In this document: piece after piece, positions 47,417-56,300 of the stretch
Layout: every line of letters starts with the position of its first letter
How positions within the stretch are numbered: the stretch's first letter is position 1
Virus record (IMG/VR): IMGVR_UViG_3300025707_000484
Length of the DNA stretch: 64,000 bases
Source of the DNA: a virus
Lineage: Duplodnaviria > Caudoviricetes
Direction: 5' to 3' (one strand)
Notes under the pieces: generated by a model
What the model was told of the DNA's origin: nothing
The model's input: only the letters and a program-made list of their open reading frames with translations
Database searches by the model: none
Translations under genes and position numbers: made by a program

Positions 47417-48181
47417 TTAACCGATGATAAATGACATTGGTACACCACCATCTTCATAATTATGAAGTTGCAATACCAACTCTGCTATTTCTTGCTGTCC
47501 TTCTGCTTTCAATTCACTACCATTCATAGTAGTGCCACCTTGTGGACCAACAATAGTTGAGAATTTGGAGCGGGATTCACCAAGTATTTGTTTACACATA
47601 GCAAGTGTATAATCTTCCATCCATTTTTTAGTCATATGATGCTGTATAAGATTTTCATCTGGCTTTTGGTTATACATCCACATCAAAACATCTTCACCTT
47701 CATCACTATCAATTTTACGTACAATAGTTAATTTTTTTGTGACTGGATCAAATACATAATTAAGAAAACCACCAAACATTCTAGCGGCAGTTTCTTGATA
47801 ACCACTAAACATTTCATATGTTGCTAAACCACCAACATTACCTGCTTTAAGCATATACATGTTCATGTAACCTGCTTCAAATGGTTCAAAATTAGAAGCA
47901 CCACCACCTGTTGTGCTACCAATTGTTCTACGAAACATCTGTCTTACTTCTAAAACATTACTATCTAAAAAATAATCTTGTCTATTTTTCTCAAGTTTTA
48001 GGAAGCCGTAAGATTCTTCTACAGAATTTGAACTTAATTGACGATACTTATTAATAGCATTTTCTAAACCTACTTCTAAATGCTCATTATCTAATTCAAT
48101 ATCAATAATTTGAGCACCAAGTCGCAATTTGACGTTGTTAAACATCGCAGTTTTTAATTTAGTTAATTCTTTACTTGCCAT
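47417..48181 (-). CDS. gp13: neck protein (gp13-like)
   Basis: LRLGAQIIDIEL; W..DYTLA.CK.ILG..RSKF; GGTTMNG. Confidence 0.85.
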   Translation of the reverse strand: MASKELTKLKTAMFNNVKLRLGAQIIDIELDNEHLEVGLENAINKYRQLSSNSVEESYGFLKLEKNRQDYFLDSNVLEVRQMFRRTIGSTTGGGASNFEPFEAGYMNMYMLKAGNVGGLATYEMFSGYQETAARMFGGFLNYVFDPVTKKLTIVRKIDSDEGEDVLMWMYNQKPDENLIQHHMTKKWMEDYTLAMCKQILGESRSKFSTIVGPQGGTTMNGSELKAEGQQEIAELVLQLHNYEDGGVPMSFIIG

Positions 48182-48192
48182 ATATGTATTTA

Positions 48193-49371
48193 TTAAAATA
48201 CCTTCAGCAATATAACATCGCTATTAACTCTCCCATTTAGTTTAATACCTGTAGTTGTTAAATTATTTAAAAATTTACGCAATACTACCTTACCAGCACT
48301 AGCAAATTCTTTAAGTGACTCTTCAGGTTTGCGTAAAGTTTTCTGCATACTAGTATTAGTATCAAATCCAGTAATACTAGTTCCTTTAATTCCCAACTCA
48401 CCATCACTAAATCCATTTGTAGAAACATATTTGCCAATTTTGCGTGTTTTAATATTAAACACCCACAACTCTTTAGCACCTATAATATTTTTAGGATCAA
48501 TTGATACTAATTTATATCTGTCATCATTTGCTTTGTATTTTAATTTAGCAATTTGCTTTTCTTTTGATGGTGCTTTTTTAACTCTGATTTTACGATTTGC
48601 TTTTTGTATATTAGAATGATGTATTGCATCATCTATAATCATATTATAAAACTCTAATATACGTTTTATCTCCGCTTTTTTATACGGATATGCTTCTACC
48701 AATTGTTCATATTCATCATCTTTCTCTACAGGATTGAGCAAGGTATTAAAGTCTACGACTTCTTGTGCATATATAGCAGGTATTAATGCCGCCGCCTTAC
48801 CAGTAATCTCACCAATTAGCAAAGCGTTTGACATCTTAAAATCACTCTTAAATTTATTTTGAAAGAAATCATCAATCTCACCTTCTACTTGCTTGCCAAG
48901 AAAATCATCTAGATTTAATTTCATACGTTCCTGTATGGATATTGCAGGAGCAAGTTGTTTAATTTCTTCTTTTTCATCTTCTATCACAACAGTATCTGAT
49001 ATCTCTTTTATTTTCTTTCTAATAGCCAATAAAAGATTATCCATTGGAGGACAACCATTGTTTAGCATTCTTGCTACAGAGCCCACTGTATTACCTAGTT
49101 GCCAATCTTTGGCCGCTCTAATTTTTTTAATAGATTCTTTATCTACTATTTTCTGTGATTCCATCCATTGTATTAGTGGTTGCTTGGAATGCTTTGAAGT
49201 ATAATGATAATTGTAAAAGTTTAAACCTTTATTAATTCTAATATTGATATTTTGAAGTTGATCAGCGTCAATATCCATCAATTCACCTTCTACAACAATA
49301 TCATCAAATACAGGTTCAGAGAACAACCCGTCTTTCTTTTTAGATACTCGCTTTTGTTTCTTTCTTGCCAT
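48193..49371 (-). CDS. hypothetical protein
   Basis: 392-aa ORF with a sigma70 promoter. Confidence 0.8.
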   Translation of the reverse strand: MARKKQKRVSKKKDGLFSEPVFDDIVVEGELMDIDADQLQNINIRINKGLNFYNYHYTSKHSKQPLIQWMESQKIVDKESIKKIRAAKDWQLGNTVGSVARMLNNGCPPMDNLLLAIRKKIKEISDTVVIEDEKEEIKQLAPAISIQERMKLNLDDFLGKQVEGEIDDFFQNKFKSDFKMSNALLIGEITGKAAALIPAIYAQEVVDFNTLLNPVEKDDEYEQLVEAYPYKKAEIKRILEFYNMIIDDAIHHSNIQKANRKIRVKKAPSKEKQIAKLKYKANDDRYKLVSIDPKNIIGAKELWVFNIKTRKIGKYVSTNGFSDGELGIKGTSITGFDTNTSMQKTLRKPEESLKEFASAGKVVLRKFLNNLTTTGIKLNGRVNSDVILLKVF

Positions 49372-49394
49372 AGTATTGCCTCATATATATAGTG

Positions 49395-49432
49395 CTAAAT
49401 AGTATTATAACATAAGAGTTAGAAAATGCCAA
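49395..49432. promoter_or_regulatory. overlapping divergent promoters
   Basis: Minus strand: TTGGCA-17-TATAAT (49404-49432); plus strand: CTAAATA (49395-49401). Confidence 0.6.
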
Positions 49433-50640
49433 GACTTTCACTGTGGAAACCAACTAAAGGAAATGACTTCAAATTCATGGATAATCGTATTCGTGAGCAA
49501 TTTGTCATTGGCGGCACTGGTATTAATATACACAAATATATGGGTCCTGTCAATCAAGGTGATCAGAAAAAAGCTGATCAGCCCATGCACACTAATAATT
49601 CCATTACAAATATACAAGATTTATTATTTTTAGAGAATCGTGATCGGAAATATGAAAAAGACGTAACGTTCATGAAAGGAGTCTATAATGTACAAGATAT
49701 AGATTTTGATTTGAGTCAATTCGGTTTATTTTTACAAAATGATACTGTCTTCATTACTTTTCATTTAATTGATATGGTTGAAGTACTTGGTAGAAAACTT
49801 ATAAGTGGTGATGTTATTGAATTGCCGCACTTAAAAGATGATTATGCACTAGAAGATGAAAGTGTCGATAAAGTATATGAGAGTTTAAAACGCTACTATG
49901 TAATACAGGATGGTAACCGGGCAGCTGAAGGATTTAGTCAAACTTGGTATCCACATCTATGGCGTGTAAAATGCATACCATTAGTAGACGCACAAGAATA
50001 TAGAGATATACTTGGTGACATTGAGTCTGGTGATGGAGACGAATCACTAAAACAAATTTTAAGTGATTACTCTAAAAACTTAGAAATAAATGATGCTGTT
50101 GTAAAACAAGCAGAAGCTATGGCGCCATTTACACAAGATATCGTAGATGGACGTAGTGGTTATGACACAACACGATTTTGGATTGCACCAGCTGCTGAAG
50201 ATGGTTCAATACTATTAGTATCTACTGACGATGTTGGAATAACAGTTGACGCAGATGCTTCCTCACCGGCACCGGCCGCAGTAACTGGCGATACATATTA
50301 TGGCCGGCCGGTGAAAAAACTAGAACATTACTTGGCAGGCGATGGAGTTCCACCAAACGGAGCACCAGTAAAAGCATTAACTAGTTTTGTTGCTAATCCA
50401 ACTAAAGGTGAATACATATTGAGAACAGATTATAGTCCTAATAGATTATACATTTACAATGGCAAAAAATGGGTACACGTTGAAGATAATATACGTATGG
50501 ATATTACAAATACTAGCACAAGATCAACACACAAAACTAAACATTTTAATAATAAAACAACAATTACACTATCAGATGGAACTAAGATTGATTCTAAACA
50601 AAGTTTATCAAATATATTAAGTGCTAGAGAGGACAAATAA
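49426..50640 (+). CDS. neck/head-closure protein (gp14-like)
   Basis: DLLFLENRDRKY, LSQFGLF, GDVIELPH; lies between gp13 and gp15 homologues. Confidence 0.7.
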   Translation: MPRLSLWKPTKGNDFKFMDNRIREQFVIGGTGINIHKYMGPVNQGDQKKADQPMHTNNSITNIQDLLFLENRDRKYEKDVTFMKGVYNVQDIDFDLSQFGLFLQNDTVFITFHLIDMVEVLGRKLISGDVIELPHLKDDYALEDESVDKVYESLKRYYVIQDGNRAAEGFSQTWYPHLWRVKCIPLVDAQEYRDILGDIESGDGDESLKQILSDYSKNLEINDAVVKQAEAMAPFTQDIVDGRSGYDTTRFWIAPAAEDGSILLVSTDDVGITVDADASSPAPAAVTGDTYYGRPVKKLEHYLAGDGVPPNGAPVKALTSFVANPTKGEYILRTDYSPNRLYIYNGKKWVHVEDNIRMDITNTSTRSTHKTKHFNNKTTITLSDGTKIDSKQSLSNILSAREDK

Positions 50641-52082
50641 TGGATTTTTATTATGACGGCCAAATGCGTCGGTATCTTGCTCAATTTATTAGACTACTGA
50701 GTCATTTTTATGTAGAGACTGGCAAAGATTCTGCTGGCAACTCTGCTCTAATACAAGTTCCTGTAAAATATGGAGACATTTCTCGCCAGGTAGCATCTAT
50801 TATTCACAAAAATAGTGAAAATGCTCTCAACACCGTACCACAAATCTCTTGTTATATAACAAATGTAACATTTGACAGAGACAGGATACAATCACCGAGC
50901 CATTTAGACAAAGTACATGTTAAGGAACGTTTTTATGATAAAGATACGGCATCATATACAGCAGGACCTGGTGATAGTTATACTATTGAACGCAGTATGC
51001 CGAGTCCATATAGACTAACTGTTAATGCTGATATATGGACTAGTAATACTGAACAAAAAATGCAAATTATAGAACAATTATTCTATATGTTTAATCCAAG
51101 TTTAGAAATACAAACTACAGACAATTATGTTGACTGGACAAGTTTATCATATGTTGAATTAACTGAAATTGCATTTAGTAACAGAACTGTTCCAGTTGGT
51201 ATAGAAGATATGATAGACGTTGCCACAATGACGTTTGAGATACCAATTTGGATTAATCCTCCAGCAATTATCAAACGTCTCGGTGTTATTTCCAAAGTTG
51301 TTATGGGTATATTTGATGGTGCTGGTGATTTAGCAAGTAGCGTATTAGATGATACAAAACTTATGGGAAGTAGACAATACTATACTCCATTAAACTATGG
51401 TGTATTATTGCTGAATGGAGAATTAAAAGCATTGTCAATTAGTGAACCAATTAGTGGTGACACAAAAGTAGATTCAACTTTTGACCATCTACCTGTAAAA
51501 TATGGTGATGATATTCCCTGGCGGAAAATCATAGCACAATATGGAGAACTAAAAGACGGAATTAGTCAAGTAAAATTATTAACTAAATTTCAAAATGAAG
51601 ATATTGGTACAGATTTCACAGAAGTTGTTGGCACAGTATCTATAAATCAAGTTGATGAAACCATACTTAACTTTACAGTAGACTCTGACACAATTCCAGC
51701 AAATACACAAACCGCCATTAATGCTGTTATTAACCCATTGAAAAACACTCCGGGAGATGGTTTACCCGCGGCCGTTAATGGACAACGTTATTTAATATTA
51801 GAAGATCTTGGTTCAACAATTAACACAACTGGCGGGCCAGCAGGATGGCCTGATGCTACTGCTGATGACATACAAGCGAGTAAATTTGATATTATACAAT
51901 ATGATGGTACGAATTGGTCAGTATCATATGATGCTAGTGCTAACAAAGGCATCCATTATGTAACCAATACAAAAACTGGTATTCAATATAAATGGACTGG
52001 TTCTGATACTGGGGCAGAATGGATTAAATCCTATGAAGGCGAATATTTAACTGGCTTGTGGTCTATTTCCCTACTTCCATAA
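50640..52082 (+). CDS. gp15: tail sheath stabiliser/terminator (gp15-like)
   Basis: FYYDGQMRRY, VPVKYG, QIIEQL..FNP. Confidence 0.8.
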   Translation: MDFYYDGQMRRYLAQFIRLLSHFYVETGKDSAGNSALIQVPVKYGDISRQVASIIHKNSENALNTVPQISCYITNVTFDRDRIQSPSHLDKVHVKERFYDKDTASYTAGPGDSYTIERSMPSPYRLTVNADIWTSNTEQKMQIIEQLFYMFNPSLEIQTTDNYVDWTSLSYVELTEIAFSNRTVPVGIEDMIDVATMTFEIPIWINPPAIIKRLGVISKVVMGIFDGAGDLASSVLDDTKLMGSRQYYTPLNYGVLLLNGELKALSISEPISGDTKVDSTFDHLPVKYGDDIPWRKIIAQYGELKDGISQVKLLTKFQNEDIGTDFTEVVGTVSINQVDETILNFTVDSDTIPANTQTAINAVINPLKNTPGDGLPAAVNGQRYLILEDLGSTINTTGGPAGWPDATADDIQASKFDIIQYDGTNWSVSYDASANKGIHYVTNTKTGIQYKWTGSDTGAEWIKSYEGEYLTGLWSISLLP

Positions 52083-52104
52083 TAAATTTTATATAATTAT
52101 TAAT

Positions 52105-52527
52105 ATGAAGCAAGTTACCGGAGCAGGTGGTATTTTCTACTGCCGCGACACAAAACGTTTTCTATTTTTATTAAGGAATGATAAAAAATATAAAAACAGA
52201 TGGGGTTTCGCAGGCGGCAAAGTAGAAAATGGTGAAACAACTATTAATGGTTTAAAAAGGGAAATTTTCGAGGAAGTAGGACACTTGCCCGATATAGAGA
52301 AAACAATTCCTATTGAACTGTTTACTTCAGAAGATGGGCACTTCTTTTATCACACGTTTATACTAATAATAGATAAGGAATTTATACCCATTTTAAATGG
52401 AGAACATTGTGGGTTTGCTTGGGTTACTATGGCAGGGTGGCCAGGGCCATTACATCCTGGTGTTTTTTCAACCCTTAAACTAGATTCAATCAAAGATAAG
52501 ATTAAAACTATAGTAGAAACAATTTAA
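52105..52527 (+). CDS. NUDIX hydrolase
   Basis: Nudix box GGKVENGET...LKREIFEEVG. Confidence 0.92.
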   Translation: MKQVTGAGGIFYCRDTKRFLFLLRNDKKYKNRWGFAGGKVENGETTINGLKREIFEEVGHLPDIEKTIPIELFTSEDGHFFYHTFILIIDKEFIPILNGEHCGFAWVTMAGWPGPLHPGVFSTLKLDSIKDKIKTIVETI

Positions 52528-53276
52528 ATATCTGCTTCTATTACAAAATCCCATACTTTTAATTGGCGGAAATTACGACACCATTTCCATGCTTCAGGCA
52601 TTTCTTCTTCCATGCCTTCTGCAGTTATTCTTACAAAATCAACATCATTATATGTGTCAAATATTCTTTTCATGTTATTAATCCAAACTTCATCACCTGG
52701 ATTTTCATCTGCTTGACCATAAAATTCTGAACCAGCATATACATTATTGTTTGTTTTTTGATCAACAGGTTGATTATCAAATCCATATAAGTAAATTTTC
52801 TTATGTCCGTGAAAGCAAGCAATATATGTTGCTGTGGCGCCAGCATTCATTCGTGGATCATGTGGTATAAGAGATACATGTTCAGGATGGTCTAATACAC
52901 TTTTTGCTCTGCCAAATACAATATTATCTTCAGCATAGCCACTTTCAACTATTTCAGTTGTTAATTCAGGATGAGTTACTACAAGAAAATCTGGCTTCCA
53001 ATCTTGGTAAATTCTATTACAACCATAACATTGTCCTTTATATTTTCCAAAATGGCCGCCTCCTGCTGTTGAAAGAAAACTTAACTTCATCGCAACTCCA
53101 GAATATTCTATTCGAGATTTGCCATTGCCAACTACATATGCTACTTTTGTATGATCACTATTGGACACCGAACGAGGGATCCAAAATCTATCTTGGTGTT
53201 TACGTCCATTTTTAACTACAATACCGGATACTACATATTCACCATCATAATCAGTAACATATTTGTTTACCATCAT
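52524..53276 (-). CDS. Maf/CstII (DUF115)-like putative glycosyltransferase, paralog of 16233-16874
   Basis: VVGNGKSR, YGCNRIY, NAGATA, LYGFD, NNVY; ATAAATA plus SD AGGAG. Confidence 0.7.
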   Translation of the reverse strand: MMVNKYVTDYDGEYVVSGIVVKNGRKHQDRFWIPRSVSNSDHTKVAYVVGNGKSRIEYSGVAMKLSFLSTAGGGHFGKYKGQCYGCNRIYQDWKPDFLVVTHPELTTEIVESGYAEDNIVFGRAKSVLDHPEHVSLIPHDPRMNAGATATYIACFHGHKKIYLYGFDNQPVDQKTNNNVYAGSEFYGQADENPGDEVWINNMKRIFDTYNDVDFVRITAEGMEEEMPEAWKWCRNFRQLKVWDFVIEADI

Positions 53277-53306
53277 ATTCTCCTGTCAATATTTATTCTA
53301 AAGATA

Positions 53307-53332
53307 ATGGAGGGGCGAATTCGCCCCTCCAT
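53307..53332. repeat. perfect 26-bp palindrome downstream of the fibre gene
   Basis: ATGGAGGGGCGAATTCGCCCCTCCAT. Confidence 0.85.
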
Positions 53333-53365
53333 CAATTACAACTTTATTGTCGTAAACTTTTTAAC

Positions 53366-56300
53366 TTATAGTCTACCTACAACAACTTCGATGATACCAT
53401 TTGTACCGTTGAAGTCTTCTAGAGCCTTACCAATTACGGAACCCATTCTTGGATTTGCCTCTGCCTTTGCATAGCCTTCGCCTGCGGCAACTAGCATATC
53501 ACCCTTACGGATTGTGCCCATTACCTTAACAGGTACACGACCTGTTAGTGCTATTGCTACACCATTTTCTAAATCACTATTCATCAAGTAGGCTGGGTTA
53601 GTACTTACTACACCAGCAATCCGTGAATCCATAGTTTCAGTAGACATTGTTACTTCAGCGTCACCGCCAAAGGAAACAACAGTACCTGGCTCATATGTCG
53701 CATCACTTTCATACAGTTCTGCCAAGTCAGCATATTGTGCTGATGTTGACACGCCGTACATATTGCGCCATTTGAGGGATGAGGTACCTAGGTCATATGT
53801 TGCGTCCAATGTTGGAACAAGATGACCTGCGGCAGTTAGAGTCATTCTCTCTGTACCGCCAGTGTCGAAGCGAATAATATCTTCGTCACTTGACTCTTCA
53901 ACTTGAATTTTTGTATCACCGTCTGCATCTTCTAATGCGTTAACTGAAGTCGTTGTTGTAAACTCACGAATTTCAATTTTATCACTGTTAGCTGGTGCTT
54001 GTGTGAATGTAATAGTTGTACCACTAATAGCATATGCTGTTGTTGGAAGTTGTACAACACCGTTAATAGTTACAACACAACCAGCAGTTGTTAGGCTTGA
54101 ATTTAAGCCTGTAAATGCTGTTGTTGAACCGTCACCAGTTGCTGTTTCACTTCTTACAATTGTAAACTCTGTTGTGGCTCCCTTCCAACCAGAACCATTA
54201 TAATACTCAAACTTACTTGTTGTTGAATTATAACGGAACATACCTGCGGCTGGAGTACCAGGACGTTGAGCTGTTGTACCAGAAGGTAACAAAAAGGACT
54301 CTGTTGAGCCACTCATGTCAAGTACTGTACCTGCGTTAGGTGTTGCTGTTAGTAAACCAATTGCGTCTACACTTGCATCTACTACGAACATATTTGCTTG
54401 GTTTGCTGACTCAATACGGAAGTCATTATCGGCACCACCTTCGTTGAAGGTAGCTGCGTCATTTACACCAAACGTTGTGCCATCATAAGTAATGTTTGCT
54501 TCTGCTTGAATAGCAGCTGTACCATTACCTGTTAATAGGCTGTTGGCGGTTAAGGATGAAGCACCTGTACCACCGTGTGCTACGGCTACGTCTGTAGCTT
54601 CCCATACACCAGTACCAATTGTACCAACAGTTGCTAATGAACTTGCAGATGTTACTGCGTTTAGGGTGTCAAGGCCTGCTTCGAAGTATGTCTCGAAATC
54701 AGTCAATGCTACCTGTTTCATTGTACCACCGTCGTTAACAACTACGCGGTCAGCGTCTGCCAACGTTGTTGCTGTTGCAGATGTATCACCATCAATAGAC
54801 GCTGTAATTTCAGCTGCTGTTGCTGTTACACCCAATGTTACTAATTGTGCGGCGGCGTTAGCATCGTCTAACAATGCTTTACCAGCGGCTGTTAGGTCAT
54901 ATACTGCGGCTGTGCCACTGCCTGTGAACTGAATACCTTTGTCAGCTGCTGATGTTAAACCAGCAATGGCTGCCAATTCAGCGTCATAGGCTTGTACGTC
55001 TGTACCAATTACTACACCTAGGTTGGTTCGTGCACCACCGGCTGTTGAACTACCTGTACCACCATGTGCTACTGCTACGTCTGTAGCGGCCCATGTACCA
55101 CCAGTAATTGTACCAACTGTTGCTAATGCACTTGCACTTGTTACAGCATTCAAAGTATCAAGGCCGGCTTCAAAATAAGTTTCGAAGTCTGTCAATGCTA
55201 CTTGGACCATTGTGCCGTTGTCATTGACAACTACACGGTCTGCATCTGCTAGTGTTGTGCTTGTTGCTGAGGTGCTACCATCTACAGCTGCTGTAATTTC
55301 AGCGGCTGTTGCTGTTACACCAAGTGTTACTAACTGAGCTGCGGCATTTGCGTCATCAAGAAGTGCTTTACCAGCTGCTGTTAAATCATAAACTGCGGCT
55401 GTTCCGTCACCAGTAAACTGAATACCTTTATTAGCTGCTGAAGTTAGTCCTGCAATAGCTGCCAACTCGGCATCATATGCTTGTACGTCTGTACCAATTA
55501 CTACACCTAAGTTTGTTCGTGCGCCACCGGCGGTTGAACTACCAGTACCACCATCTGTTAGAGGTACGTCAGTACCAGTTGCATGGTAAATTACGTTACC
55601 TTCAACTGCTAAGACACCTGCTGATGAGCGTGCCAGTGTTGTATCACTTGCGTGACCAACATTAACTGCTGTCAACTGAGGTGAATCACCTGTACCAACA
55701 CCCAAGGATGTTCGTAGTGTTGCGCCTGTCTCAAGTACAAAGTTAGAACCGTCACCAACAATCATACCACCGTCAGTTACAGCCAAACCAGCAACGTCTG
55801 CTAGTTGTGCATCATATGCTTGTACATCTGAACCAATTGCCACACCTAGGTTTGTTCGTGCACCGGATGCTGTTGAGCTTCCTGTACCACCATGTGCTAC
55901 ACCTACGTCTGTACCCTGCCATGCACCTGTTGTAATAGTACCAAGAGTTGCTATGCCAGTTGCCGAAGTAATGCTGTTTTGTGCAGCTGTTGTAATTGTA
56001 CCTTCGATATTACCGAAGATTGCGTTACCAACTGTACCAGAAATAACTTCTGAAGTAATTGTTGCATCAGGGACAAATGTAAATTTACTTATGCTGTCGT
56101 CATAACCAAACCAACCGTTTTTAGCGGCTGAACCGTTATGCCAACGGAATGCAACACCTCTATCCTTGTCATCATCTGAGCCAGGAGCAGAGTCACCACC
56201 AAGTTGCATAATTGGGTCATCCAATGTTACAACTGTGGAGTTTACTGTTGTTGTTGTGCCGTTAACTGTTAAGTCACCGGAAATAACAACGTCACCAGTA

